64,000 bases of DNA from an uncultured Acidobacteriota bacterium. Its GTDB lineage: Bacteria; Acidobacteriota; Thermoanaerobaculia; UBA5066; DATFVB01. A program made the translations under genes and the position numbers. Under the pieces are notes generated by a model, which worked only from the letters and a program-made list of their open reading frames with translations, was not told where the DNA came from and did not search any database. This document shows positions 18,261 through 28,479 of the stretch, piece by piece (position 1 is the stretch's first letter; every line of letters begins with the position of its first letter). The stretch spans positions 1,093,240 to 1,157,239 of the forward strand of contig OY970224.1 in NCBI GenBank assembly GCA_963714035.1, read 5' to 3'.

Positions 18261-20675
18261 ATGAACTCCGACTTCGTCTTCGACCTTCGATACGCGTGGC
18301 GCGGGCTTCGTCGAAGCCCGTCCTTCACCGCCGTCGCGGTCGCGACCCTCGCGCTCGGCATCGGCGTCAACACGGCCGTCCTCGGCATCGTCAACGGCGT
18401 GCTCCTCCGACCCTTCCCGCTCCCGCGCGCCGACCGGCTCGTGGTGATCCGAGAGGACATGCCCGAGAAGGGGATGTTCGGGATGACCGCTTCCCCGCCG
18501 AACTACCTCGACTGGAAGAGTCAGAATCGCTCGTTCACCGACCTCGCGGCCTACGAACGGAATTCCGATCCCGTGACCGGCGACGGCGAGCCGGAGCAGA
18601 TCGACTACGCGCTGACCACCGAAGGCTTCTTCCGGGTCCTCGGCGTGCGCCCCGAGCTCGGCCGCATCTATGGCGCCGACGACTTCGCCGCCGGCCGCGC
18701 TCACGTGGTGGTCCTGAGCCACGCCTTCTGGCTGCGCCGCTTCGGCGGACGCCCCGACGCGATCGGCTCGGTCCTCCGCATCGGCGGCGAGCCGTACACG
18801 GTGATCGGCGTCGCGCCGCCCGAAGTCGCGCTGCCGACGGGCAGCCATGAGCTCTGGGCGCCGCTCGATTTCGGACCGAACGTCGAGCGGGAGCGCGGCG
18901 CCCACTACATCTCGGTGATCGGGCGACTGAGGGACGGCGTCTCGCTCACCGCCGCGGAGGCCGAGATGAAGGGGATCGCCGCCCGCCTCGCCGCCGCGTA
19001 CCCGGACAAGAACAAGGGGCACACGGTGTCGCTCCGGACCCTGAAGGAGCAGATCGTCGGAAAGGCGAAACCGGCGCTCCTGGTGCTGACCGGCGCCGTC
19101 GCCCTCGTGCTCCTGATCGCCTGCGCGAACGTCGCCAACCTCCTGCTCGCCCGCGGGGCCCGGCGCGAGCGCGAAATCGCCGTACGCCGCGCCCTCGGCG
19201 CGTCGCGGGCGCGCACCGTGCGGCAGCTGCTCACGGAATCGATCCTGCTCGCGGCGGGAGGCACCGCCGCCGGCGTCGCGCTCGCGGCCCTCGCGGACCG
19301 GCTGATCGTCCGTTTCGGCCCGGCGGGCATACCGCGCCTGGCGGAAGCCGGAATCGACGGCACCGTCCTCGCCGCGACCGCGGTGATCGCCGCGGGCACC
19401 GCCGTGCTCTTCGGCCTCGCTCCCGCGCTGCGCGCGACGAGCGCGACTCTCACCGTCTCCCTCCGCGAGACGGCGTCGGGCACGGCGCCGGGCCGGCGGC
19501 AGGCTCGCGACTTCCTCGTCGCGGGAGAAATGGCTCTCGCTCTCCTGCTCCTGGCGGGCGCCGGGCTCCTCGTCAAGAGCTTCGCCAGGCTCGTCCGCGT
19601 CGACCCCGGCTTCCGTCCGGACCATGTCCTGACGTTCGATCTCGGACTGGACGCGAAGTACGGGGATTCCGCGGCCCGGTCGGACTTCTACCGGAGCCTC
19701 CTGGCGGAGCTCGACCGGATCCCCGGAGTCCGGGCGTCGGGCGCCGTGTTCTGCGCGCCGCTTTCGAAGTCGAGCTTCAGCAGCTCCTTCACCGTCGACG
19801 GCGCGCCGGTCGCGAAATCGGACGAGCCGTCGATGAACCTGCGCGTCGTTTCCCCGGATTACTTCTCGACGATGCGGATTCCCCTCGTCGCCGGCCGCCT
19901 GTTCACGGATGCCGACCGGCGAGGCGGGCGACGCGTCCTCCTCGTCACGCAATCCGCCGCCCGGCGTTTCTGGCCCCGGGACGATGCGATCGGGAAATAC
20001 GTCCGGATGGGAGCCCGGCCCGTGAAGGAGGACGTCGAAGGAACGATCGTCGGCATCGTCGGCGACACGCACGACGACGCGCTCTCCGAGCCTCCGGAAC
20101 CGGCGGCCTATTTTCCGCTCGACCAGGTGGGAGTTTCCGGGCTGACGGTCGTCGTCCGGGCGGCACAGCGGCCCGAGTCGGTCGGGAGCGCCGTGCGCGA
20201 AACCGTTCGGCGAATGGATCGCGATCTTCCGGTCGTCGGGATGACGACGATGGAAGACGTGGTCTCGCAATCGGTCTCGGCGCCGCGCTTCTACGCCTTG
20301 CTCCTCGCCATCTTCTCCGCCACCGCGCTCGTCCTCGCCGCGATCGGGATCTACGGCGTCCTCTCGTACGCGGTCGCGGCGCGAACACGCGAGATCGGCG
20401 TCCGGATCGCGATCGGCGCGCGACGCACCCAGGTCGTCGGGATGGTCCTCGCCGGCGCCGCCCGGCTCGCCGCCATCGGCCTCGCGGCCGGTCTCGCGGC
20501 GGCGCTCCTCCTGACGCGGCTCCTCTCCGGATTCCTCTTCGGCGTGAAGCCGTTCGATCCCGCGACGTATGCGGCGGTGTCGGCGATCCTGTTCGGCGTC
20601 GCGCTGCTCGCGGCGCTCGTTCCGGCGCGCCGCGCCTCGTCGGTCGATCCCATGACCGCGCTGCGGCAGGACTGA
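18261..20675 (+). CDS. ADOP-family permease 8
   Basis: 804 aa. An AGGAGAAGAG RBS lies upstream. N-terminus is MNSDFVFDLRYAWRGLRRSPSFTAVAVATLALGIGVNTAVLGIV. C-terminus is ARRASSVDPMTALRQD. Confidence 0.9.
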   Translation: MNSDFVFDLRYAWRGLRRSPSFTAVAVATLALGIGVNTAVLGIVNGVLLRPFPLPRADRLVVIREDMPEKGMFGMTASPPNYLDWKSQNRSFTDLAAYERNSDPVTGDGEPEQIDYALTTEGFFRVLGVRPELGRIYGADDFAAGRAHVVVLSHAFWLRRFGGRPDAIGSVLRIGGEPYTVIGVAPPEVALPTGSHELWAPLDFGPNVERERGAHYISVIGRLRDGVSLTAAEAEMKGIAARLAAAYPDKNKGHTVSLRTLKEQIVGKAKPALLVLTGAVALVLLIACANVANLLLARGARREREIAVRRALGASRARTVRQLLTESILLAAGGTAAGVALAALADRLIVRFGPAGIPRLAEAGIDGTVLAATAVIAAGTAVLFGLAPALRATSATLTVSLRETASGTAPGRRQARDFLVAGEMALALLLLAGAGLLVKSFARLVRVDPGFRPDHVLTFDLGLDAKYGDSAARSDFYRSLLAELDRIPGVRASGAVFCAPLSKSSFSSSFTVDGAPVAKSDEPSMNLRVVSPDYFSTMRIPLVAGRLFTDADRRGGRRVLLVTQSAARRFWPRDDAIGKYVRMGARPVKEDVEGTIVGIVGDTHDDALSEPPEPAAYFPLDQVGVSGLTVVVRAAQRPESVGSAVRETVRRMDRDLPVVGMTTMEDVVSQSVSAPRFYALLLAIFSATALVLAAIGIYGVLSYAVAARTREIGVRIAIGARRTQVVGMVLAGAARLAAIGLAAGLAAALLLTRLLSGFLFGVKPFDPATYAAVSAILFGVALLAALVPARRASSVDPMTALRQD

Positions 20676-20685
20676 GGAGGGGACC

Positions 20686-23196
20686 ATGACGGGATTCGCG
20701 AACGACCTTCGATACGCGCTGCGGTCGCTCGCGCGCCGCCCCGGGCTCGCCGCCGCCGCGATCGCCACACTCGCGCTCGGCATCGGCGCCAACGTCGCGG
20801 TCTTCTCCGTCGTCGACGGGCTGATGCTTCGTCCGCTCCCGGTTCGCGATCCCTCTTCGCTCGCCCTCCTCACCTGGTCGGCGCGCGAGTGGCCGAAGAT
20901 CGTCGAGGATCTCGAAGGAAGCACGCGGAAGGACGAGGCGACGGGAGCGACGTGGACGGCCTCGTTCCCGTACCCGGCGTTCGAGACGTTCACGTCGCAG
21001 AGCCGCGCGTTCTCGAGGATGTTCGCCGTCGCCGGCAACGACATCGACGCGAACGTCCAGGCCGCCGGCCGCGGCGCCTCCGCCACGACGAAGTTCGTTT
21101 CCGGCTCCTTCTTCGACATCCTGGGGGTCCGGCCGGCCCGGGGACGGCCGCTCCTTCCCGCCGACGATCGCCTCGGACGCGCGCCGGTCGCCGTCGTGTC
21201 CGATCGTTTCTGGCGCGGAGCGCTCGGCGGCAATCCTTCGGCCGTCGGACGGCCGATCACGGTCAACGGAAGGAGCGTTCTTCTCGTCGGCGTGCTCCCC
21301 GCCGGGTTCTTCGGACTCGATCCCGGCAGTTCGCCCGACCTCTGGATGCCTCTTCACACCCTTCCCGCGATCTTCCAGGACTGGCCCGACGAGAACGGCC
21401 GGCCTTTCGAGAATTCCCGAATCTGGTGGCTCGAGATCGGCGGATCGGTCGCGCCGGGACGGGATCTGCCGGGCATCCTTCAGGAGACCCGGAGAATCTT
21501 CGATCGTTTTCTCGCTCTTCCCGGCGGAATCGACCCCGGCCGGCCGATCCTCTCCCTTCGCGCGATCGCGCGCGGAGAGGACTGGACGCGGCATCGGCTC
21601 ACGACGCCCCTTCTGATCCTGCTCGGCCTCTCCGCGCTCGTTCTCGCGGTCGCCTGCACGAACGTGGCCGGCCTCCTGCTGGCGAGGGCGACGGCGCGCA
21701 ACCGCGAGATCGCCATCCGCCGGAGTCTGGGCGCGAACACGGCGCGGCTCGTCCGGCAGCTCCTCACCGAGAGCGTCGTGCTCGCGTTTGCGGCGAGCGC
21801 GGCGGCCCTCCTCGTCGCCGACGGCCTGACCTCCGCCGTCTTGTCCGTGCTGGCACGGACCCGGCATCCCCTTCTCATCACCTCTCCGATGAACGCGAGA
21901 GTGCTTCTCTTCGGGCTTGCCGCGGCCGGCGCCACCGGCGTCCTCGCGGGCCTCGTGCCGGCCTGGCGGATCTCTCACTCGGACCTCACGCCCTCGTTGC
22001 GAGAGGCGGCGCCCGTCTCCGGCGGGCGCGGGCGGATGCACGGCTCGCAAATCCTCGTCGCCGCCCAGGTCGCGCTCGGGCTCGTTCTCGTGACCGCCGC
22101 CGGACTTTTCGCGCGGACGCTCGCGAACCTGCGGAGCGTCGATCTCGGGTTCCGGCCCGATCACGTCGCGCTCTTCTCCGTCCGTCCCGGATTGAACGGC
22201 TATGCCGGAGAGCGCCTCGCCGGCTTTTACGACGAGCTCCGCCGGCGCCTCGAAACGATTCCCGGAGTCCGGTCGGCGACCCTCGCCCTTCACGGCGCCG
22301 TCGGCAGCGGAGAATCGACGACGACCATCGACCTCCCCGGCTCGGCGCGGAAGACCAATGCGAACGTCCATCTGGTAGGACCCCGCTATTTCGAGACGCT
22401 TCGCATCCCGGTCCTGGCCGGACGCCCGCTCGGCGAACAGGACCGGTCGCCCGCGGCTCCGACGGCGGTCGTGAACGACGCTCTCGCGCGGCAGCTCTTT
22501 CCGAACCAGAATCCGGTCGGGCGATCGTTCGCCACCGGCCGTCTTCGCCCGCCGGTCACGATCGTGGGAGTGGTCGGAAACGTTCGATACAACCGGCTCC
22601 GGGAGGCGGCGCCGCCGACGTTCTACCTGACCTACCGAGAGCGCCCGACCGCGCCCGACGAAATGATGTTCCACGTGCGTTCCGTCGGCGACACCCGGGC
22701 GACGACCGAGGCGATCCGGGAAATCGTCGCCTCGCTCGACCCGAACCTGCCGGTCGTCGGCCTCCAGACACAGGAGGATGCGATCGAAGACGCGCTCTCG
22801 ATGGAGAGGGTGTTCGCGATCCTCACCGGATCGTTCGCCGTGCTCGCCCTGCTCCTCGCCGCGATCGGTCTCTACGCGGCGCTCGCCTTCTCGGTCGCGC
22901 GCCGGACGCGCGAAATCGGCGTTCGGATCGCCCTCGGCGCGACGCCCGCGCGAATCCGGCGCGGAGTCGTGCGCGACGCCTTGATTCCGACCGCATTCGG
23001 CCTCGGAGCGGGCATCGCCGCATCGGTCGCGTTCACGCGCGTGCTGAAGAGCCAGCTCTTCGGCCTGTCGGCGCTCGACCCCGCCGTGCTGATCGGGGCG
23101 GCGGCGGCGCTTCTCGCGACGGCCGCGCTCGCCGCGTGGCTCCCGGCGCGGCGCGCGTCCTCGGTGGACCCGATGACGGCCCTGCGAACGGAGTGA
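20686..23196 (+). CDS. ADOP-family permease 9
   Basis: 836 aa. N-terminus is MTGFANDLRYALRSLARRPGLAAAAIATLALGIGANVAVFSVV. C-terminus is ARRASSVDPMTALRTE. Confidence 0.9.
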   Translation: MTGFANDLRYALRSLARRPGLAAAAIATLALGIGANVAVFSVVDGLMLRPLPVRDPSSLALLTWSAREWPKIVEDLEGSTRKDEATGATWTASFPYPAFETFTSQSRAFSRMFAVAGNDIDANVQAAGRGASATTKFVSGSFFDILGVRPARGRPLLPADDRLGRAPVAVVSDRFWRGALGGNPSAVGRPITVNGRSVLLVGVLPAGFFGLDPGSSPDLWMPLHTLPAIFQDWPDENGRPFENSRIWWLEIGGSVAPGRDLPGILQETRRIFDRFLALPGGIDPGRPILSLRAIARGEDWTRHRLTTPLLILLGLSALVLAVACTNVAGLLLARATARNREIAIRRSLGANTARLVRQLLTESVVLAFAASAAALLVADGLTSAVLSVLARTRHPLLITSPMNARVLLFGLAAAGATGVLAGLVPAWRISHSDLTPSLREAAPVSGGRGRMHGSQILVAAQVALGLVLVTAAGLFARTLANLRSVDLGFRPDHVALFSVRPGLNGYAGERLAGFYDELRRRLETIPGVRSATLALHGAVGSGESTTTIDLPGSARKTNANVHLVGPRYFETLRIPVLAGRPLGEQDRSPAAPTAVVNDALARQLFPNQNPVGRSFATGRLRPPVTIVGVVGNVRYNRLREAAPPTFYLTYRERPTAPDEMMFHVRSVGDTRATTEAIREIVASLDPNLPVVGLQTQEDAIEDALSMERVFAILTGSFAVLALLLAAIGLYAALAFSVARRTREIGVRIALGATPARIRRGVVRDALIPTAFGLGAGIAASVAFTRVLKSQLFGLSALDPAVLIGAAAALLATAALAAWLPARRASSVDPMTALRTE

Positions 23197-23207
23197 CAGT
23201 GCTCGGG

Positions 23208-25634
23208 ATGCGCGGACTCTTCCGGGACGTCGTCGCGGCCGCCCGTTCGCTCCGCCGGGCTCCCGGAGTGACGCTCCTCGCGGTCGGCATCCTCGCGGTC
23301 GGCATCGGCGCCAACACCGCGATCTTCTCCGTCGTCGACGCCGTCCTGCTGCGCCGCTTGCCGTTTCCGGAAGCCGGCCGGATCGTCCGGATCTGGGCGA
23401 CGGCGCCGGAGCGCGGCCTCGATCTCGCGGAAGTCTCCGACGCGAGGTTCCTCGACGTCGCGTCCCGGAACGGCTCGTTCGCCGCGGTGGGAGCGTTCAC
23501 GCCCGACTCGGTGACGCTGACCGGCCCGGGAGCCGAGCCCGTCCGGATCGAGGCCGCGCGCGTGTCGCCCGGAGTTCTCGATGCCCTCGGCGTTCGGCCG
23601 GCGCTCGGCCGGAATTTCCTTCCCGCCGAGGACCAGCCGGGCGGAGCGGAGGCGGTCCTCCTGGGCGCGCGCCTCTGGCGCCGACGTTTCGACGCGGATC
23701 CGCGGGTCGTCGGTCGATCCCTCGACCTGGACGGCACCCCCCGCACCGTCGTCGGCGTCCTGCCCGAAGGGCTCGGCTTTCCCGACGACGCGACGGAGCT
23801 CTGGATCCCGCGGGTCGACGCGCCGAGCTTCCTGAACCGCGGCAACGTCGAGAGGGGATCGACCTACCTGAGCCTCGTCGCCCGTTTGAAGCCGGGGACG
23901 ACCGACGCGGGGGTCAAGGCCGATCTCGACCGCCTCGCCGGCAGCCAGCCGCGCGCGGGCTATCTGGACGAGGGGCTGCGCTACCGTTTTCTCCCTCTCG
24001 CCGAGGCGGCGACCCGCGACGCCCGTCCTTTGCTCCTCCTCCTGCTGGGCGCCGTCGCTCTCGTCCTCCTCATCGCGTGCGCCAACGTGACCAACCTCCT
24101 TCTCGTCCGGGCGATCGAGCGGCGCCGGGAGGTGGCTGTGCGGAAGGCGCTCGGGGCGAGCCGCGCCCGGCTCGTGCGCCAGTTCCTCGTGGAAGGCGCG
24201 CTCCTCTCGAGCCTCGCCGCCCTCCTCGGCCTCGTCCTCGCCCGCGCCGCGCTTCCACCGCTCGCCGCGCTCGCCGCGCGCCAGAAGCTCCCCCGCGCGG
24301 AAGCGATCGGCCTCGATCTCCGCGTCCTCGCGTTCACTTGCGCCGCGGCGCTGGCGACCGGCATCGTGTTCGGGCTCGTTCCCGCTTTCGAGGGCGCGCG
24401 CACCGACATCCGCGCCGCGCTCGCGGAAACCTCGCGGACCTCCCGGGGAACCGTCCGGAGGCGGCGCGGAAGAGGCTTTCTCGTCGTCGCGGAAGTCGCG
24501 CTCGCCGTCGTCCTGCTGACGGGCGCCGGGCTGCTTCTTCGCACGATCTTTCGCCTCGAGGCGGTCGATCCCGGCTTCCGCCGCGACCACGTGGTCGTCG
24601 CTTCGGTCGATCTGCCGCCGTCGCGATACGGGCGCCCGGAGGAGATCCGGGCGTTCTTCGAGCGGCTTCGGCAGAGCTTCGCCTCGCTCCCCGGCGTCGA
24701 CGCCGTCGGCGCCGCGCAGGCTCTTCCGCTGTCGGCGGATCGTCCCCAGACGCTCGTCGCGGCCGAGGGCGGACCGCTCCCTCCCCTTTCGGAGCGACCC
24801 ATCGTGTCGCTGGACACCGTGGCGTTCGACTACTTCCGCGCCCTCGGAATCCCCCGGGTCGCGGGGCGCACGTTCGGCGACGGCGACGATGCCGCCGCGC
24901 CGCTCCGGATCGTCGTGAACCGGAGCTTCGCGCGGCGGTTCTTCCCCGGCCGGGACGCGTTCGGGCGCCACGTCTTCGTCGGCCGCTCCCCGACCCCGGT
25001 CGAGATCATCGGCGTCGTCGGAGACGTCCGGAGCGACGGTCTCGACGCGGCGCCCCGGGAATCGTTCTACCTCTCGGCGCGCCAGCACACGGTCCCGTCG
25101 CTGCGGTTCGTTCTGCGAAGCGCCGTCCCCCCCTCCGTTCTCGGCCCGCTCGTCCGGGCGCGTCTCCGCGAGCTCGACCCGGACCAGCCCGTCGCCGATC
25201 TCCGATCGATGGACGACATCGTCGCGGATTCGATCGGGCCGAGGCGCCGGATCGGACTCCTTCTCGGCGCCTTCGCCGGGCTCGCTCTCGGCCTCGCGGC
25301 GATCGGGCTCTTCGCGGTGATGGCGTGCTCGGTGCGCCAGCGCTCGGCGGAGATCGGCATCCGGATCGCCCTGGGGGCGGAGCCCGGACGGATTCTCGCG
25401 GCGACCGTCGGGGAAGGCGTTCGGCTCGCGGCGATCGGCCTCGCGGCCGGGCTCGCCGCGGCAGCCGCGCTGAGCCGCTCGATCGCGAGCCTTCTCTTCC
25501 AGACGCGGCCGGTGGATCCCGCCACGGTCGCCGCGATTTCCGTTTTCCTGCTCGTCGTCGCGGCGGCGGCGAGCTGGATCCCCGCGCGTCGCGCCGCGCG
25601 TACCGACCCGATCCGGGTGCTGAGGGAGGAATGA
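23208..25634 (+). CDS. ADOP-family permease 10
   Basis: Start is the ATG at 23208, with an alternative GTG at 23199. N-terminus is MRGLFRDVVAAARSLRRAPGVTLLAVGILAVGIGANTAIFSVV. C-terminus is ARRAARTDPIRVLREE. The upstream part of track ORF 20889-25634 is an out-of-frame overlap with permease 9. Confidence 0.88.
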   Translation: MRGLFRDVVAAARSLRRAPGVTLLAVGILAVGIGANTAIFSVVDAVLLRRLPFPEAGRIVRIWATAPERGLDLAEVSDARFLDVASRNGSFAAVGAFTPDSVTLTGPGAEPVRIEAARVSPGVLDALGVRPALGRNFLPAEDQPGGAEAVLLGARLWRRRFDADPRVVGRSLDLDGTPRTVVGVLPEGLGFPDDATELWIPRVDAPSFLNRGNVERGSTYLSLVARLKPGTTDAGVKADLDRLAGSQPRAGYLDEGLRYRFLPLAEAATRDARPLLLLLLGAVALVLLIACANVTNLLLVRAIERRREVAVRKALGASRARLVRQFLVEGALLSSLAALLGLVLARAALPPLAALAARQKLPRAEAIGLDLRVLAFTCAAALATGIVFGLVPAFEGARTDIRAALAETSRTSRGTVRRRRGRGFLVVAEVALAVVLLTGAGLLLRTIFRLEAVDPGFRRDHVVVASVDLPPSRYGRPEEIRAFFERLRQSFASLPGVDAVGAAQALPLSADRPQTLVAAEGGPLPPLSERPIVSLDTVAFDYFRALGIPRVAGRTFGDGDDAAAPLRIVVNRSFARRFFPGRDAFGRHVFVGRSPTPVEIIGVVGDVRSDGLDAAPRESFYLSARQHTVPSLRFVLRSAVPPSVLGPLVRARLRELDPDQPVADLRSMDDIVADSIGPRRRIGLLLGAFAGLALGLAAIGLFAVMACSVRQRSAEIGIRIALGAEPGRILAATVGEGVRLAAIGLAAGLAAAAALSRSIASLLFQTRPVDPATVAAISVFLLVVAAAASWIPARRAARTDPIRVLREE

Positions 25635-28129
25635 TGTCTTCGACCGTCCAGGATTTCCGTCATGCCGCGCGACTCCTCCGCCGGAGTCCCGGTTTCGCCG
25701 CGGTTTCGATCGCCGTGCTCGCGCTCGGAATCGGAGGGAACGCCGCGATCTTCACCCTGGTGAACCGGGTGATGCTCCGTCCGCTGCCGTATCCGCAGCC
25801 GGAGCGCCTCATGGCGCTGTCTCTCACGGCGACCGGGCGCGGAATGAAGAACCTCGCCGCCGGCGACGAGCTCCCCTGGTCGTTCCCGAAATATCGGACG
25901 TTTCGCGCGATCGACCGCGACTTCGAGCGCGCCGCCGCGTTCGGCGATGACGCCGTCAATCTTTCCGGCGCCGGCGAGCCGGAACGCGTCCGGATCGAAT
26001 ACGCGAGCGGCGATTATTTTCCGATGCTCGGGATCCGTTCGGAGGCCGGCCGGCTCCTGTCGCCGGTGGACGACGCGCCCGGATCCGGTCCCGCCATCGT
26101 CCTCGGCGACGGCCTCGCGCGCCGCCGGTTCGGCTACCCGGCCGCGGCCGTCGGACGGATCGTCTCGCTCAACGGGATCCCGATGACCGTCGCCGGAGTC
26201 GGGCCGCCCGAATTCACGGGACTGACCGGCACGGCGGCGCTCTGGGTCCCGCTCTCGTTCGCCCCGCGCCTCATGTACGACTCGGCCCTCTCCGAGGCCG
26301 GGAATCACTGGCTCCAGGTCGTCGGAAGGCGGCGCACCGGCGTGACCGAGGCGGCGGCCCGCGCCGGTGTCGCGGCCGCCGGACGGCGGATCGCCGAGGC
26401 CTACCCGGTTCCCGCGCAGTTCGACGACGGCAGCGTCTGGGGCGCGAGGGCGGCTTCGCTCTCGGAAGCCCGGAAGGATCCGTGGGTGAGGCGGGCGCTG
26501 ACGGTCCTGCTCGCGGCGATCGGCGCGGTCCTTCTCCTCGCCTGCGGAAACCTTGCCGCTCTCCTGCTGGCTCGCGGCGCCGCCCGCCGCCACGAAATCG
26601 CCGTCCGGCTCTCGCTGGGAGCCACGCCGGGACGCATCCGGCGGCAGCTCCTCGCGGAGAGCATGCTGATCGCCGCCGCGGGAGGCGCGGCCGGGATCGA
26701 GATCGCCGTCTGGGGAGCGAAGGCGATCGTCGCGTTCGCCCCCTCGCGGCCCGGCTCGACCGGGCTCTCCGCCGGAGAGCTCGTCGATCTGTCCCGGGCC
26801 GTCGTCGACTTCCGGGTCGTCCTCTTCACGGCGCTGCTGGCGGCCGCGACCGGCGTCCTCTTCGGCCTCGTCCCGGCGTGGAAGGCTTCCCGCGGAGCGC
26901 CGGCGGAATCGCTTCGCGACTCCTCGGCGCGGGGATCGAGGCGCTTCGGCATGGGACGATCGGCGGTCGTCGCCGCGGAGATCGGCCTCGCGCTGACGCT
27001 CGTTCTCTCCGCGGGGCTCCTCGCGCGAAGCTTCGGGGAGATGTCGCGGGTTCCCCTCGGATTCGATCCGTCGCGCGTCATCGCGTTCTCGGTCAATCCG
27101 CCCGAGGCGGCCGTCCCCGAGACGCGGGTCGCGGCGTTCCATGCCGGGCTCCTCGACCGGATCGGGGCGATTCCCGGCGTTCGCTCGGCGGGGCTCGACC
27201 TCTGCGCGCCGCTCTCGGGAAGCTGCAACCGGACCGGCATCCGGGAGCTCGACGGGGTCCGGCACACGCCGGGAACGCTCCCCCCGATCGGCGTTCATTT
27301 CGTGAGCACGGAATACTTCTCGACCCTTTCGATCCCGATCCGTTCGGGACGGACGTTCACCGCGGCGGACCGCCCGGGCGCCCCGCGCGTCGTCGTCGTC
27401 AACGAGACCGCCGCCCGCCGGCTGTGGCCGGACGGCCGCGCGGTGGGCCGCCGGATCGGCCTCGGGCAGGGCGGCTTAAAGGACGGCGAGCAGGCGGAAG
27501 TCGTCGGCGTCGTGGCGGACGTTCGCTACGCGGGAATCGATGCGCCGGCGACGCTCGACGCCTACATGCCCGATCGGCAGTACGGTTTCGGATTCACGAC
27601 GCTCTTCGTGCGATCTTCCGGAGATCCTCGCGCGGCGATCCCGGCGCTCCGGGCGGCCGTACGCTCCGTCGATCCCACCCTCCCCATCGACGACGTCCGG
27701 ACGCTTTCCGCCCGCGTCGACGACGCCCTCTCTTCCGCGCGATTCGCGGCCGCGCTCCTCGGCGGTTTCGCGCTCTTCGCGATGGCGCTCGCCGCGCTCG
27801 GAATCTACGGGCTGCTGGCCCAGGCCGCCTCCGAGCGGTCGCGTGAAATCGGAATCCGGATCGCGCTCGGAGCGACGCGGCGCGCCGTGCTTTCGATGAT
27901 GCTCCGCTGGTCCGCGGCGATCACGGCCGCGGGGATCGCCGGAGGCGCCGTCCTCTTCGCCCTGGTCTCCCGGTCGCTCGCCGCCCTCCTGTTCGGGGTC
28001 CGCGCGGGCGACCCCGGCGTCGCCGCCGCCGTCGGCGGATTCGTCGCGGTCGTCGCGATCGGCGCGAGCCTCCTTCCCGCCGCGAGGGCGGCGAGAACCG
28101 ACCCCATCCGGGCTCTGAGGGAGGAATGA
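25631..28129 (+). CDS. ADOP-family permease 11
   Basis: The ATGATG at 25631 overlaps the upstream TGA (ATGA). N-terminus is MMSSTVQDFRHAARLLRRSPGFAAVSIAVLALGIGGNAAIFTL. C-terminus is ARAARTDPIRALREE. Confidence 0.88.
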   Translation: MMSSTVQDFRHAARLLRRSPGFAAVSIAVLALGIGGNAAIFTLVNRVMLRPLPYPQPERLMALSLTATGRGMKNLAAGDELPWSFPKYRTFRAIDRDFERAAAFGDDAVNLSGAGEPERVRIEYASGDYFPMLGIRSEAGRLLSPVDDAPGSGPAIVLGDGLARRRFGYPAAAVGRIVSLNGIPMTVAGVGPPEFTGLTGTAALWVPLSFAPRLMYDSALSEAGNHWLQVVGRRRTGVTEAAARAGVAAAGRRIAEAYPVPAQFDDGSVWGARAASLSEARKDPWVRRALTVLLAAIGAVLLLACGNLAALLLARGAARRHEIAVRLSLGATPGRIRRQLLAESMLIAAAGGAAGIEIAVWGAKAIVAFAPSRPGSTGLSAGELVDLSRAVVDFRVVLFTALLAAATGVLFGLVPAWKASRGAPAESLRDSSARGSRRFGMGRSAVVAAEIGLALTLVLSAGLLARSFGEMSRVPLGFDPSRVIAFSVNPPEAAVPETRVAAFHAGLLDRIGAIPGVRSAGLDLCAPLSGSCNRTGIRELDGVRHTPGTLPPIGVHFVSTEYFSTLSIPIRSGRTFTAADRPGAPRVVVVNETAARRLWPDGRAVGRRIGLGQGGLKDGEQAEVVGVVADVRYAGIDAPATLDAYMPDRQYGFGFTTLFVRSSGDPRAAIPALRAAVRSVDPTLPIDDVRTLSARVDDALSSARFAAALLGGFALFAMALAALGIYGLLAQAASERSREIGIRIALGATRRAVLSMMLRWSAAITAAGIAGGAVLFALVSRSLAALLFGVRAGDPGVAAAVGGFVAVVAIGASLLPAARAARTDPIRALREE

Positions 28130-28201
28130 CGGCGGACGGCGTGACGTTCCGGCGGGACCCGCGTATCCGGAATGGCCGGACTCGACGTCCGGTCCAGCAG
28201 G

Positions 28202-28463
28202 TTGCTGAAGAACCCCGCGGATCGCGCGCCAGTGGCTTGTGAACGAGATCAAGGCGCGAGGAGAGGACAGATGCCAGAGCGATCGGACTCGATGAGCAAC
28301 GCCGAGATCGTTCACCATGTACCGGCGCCCCAGCGGTTCGGGCGGCGCCGGGCCGTCTGCTTCGTTGCCGCTCCTCGACGATACTCCGGCATCGCCTGCG
28401 TCGCGGACGCCTTGCATCCGGCTCGGCGGCGCTCCGAACGCGACCCGTGCGGTTTTTCAGCAG
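28202..28463. repeat. Copy A of a two-copy structured element: conserved core closed by a 25-bp imperfect inverted repeat
   Basis: Left arm ttgctgaagaaccccgcggatcgcg (28202-28226) is complementary to right arm cgcgacccgtgcggtttttcagcag (28439-28463): 21 Watson-Crick pairs plus 1-2 wobbles, depending on strand, out of 25. The interior aligns to 47350-47563 at roughly three-quarters identity by eye, with at most a 1-nt length difference near the left end. Confidence 0.6.
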
Positions 28464-28479
28464 CCCGCCAGGAGGCCCG

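Noticed and set aside
28297-28440. The two-copy element as a DGR template/variable repeat pair, or as a retron msr/msd.
   Set aside because: No reverse transcriptase is nearby. Differences between the copies are not confined to adenine positions. Neither copy lies at the 3' end of a target gene.
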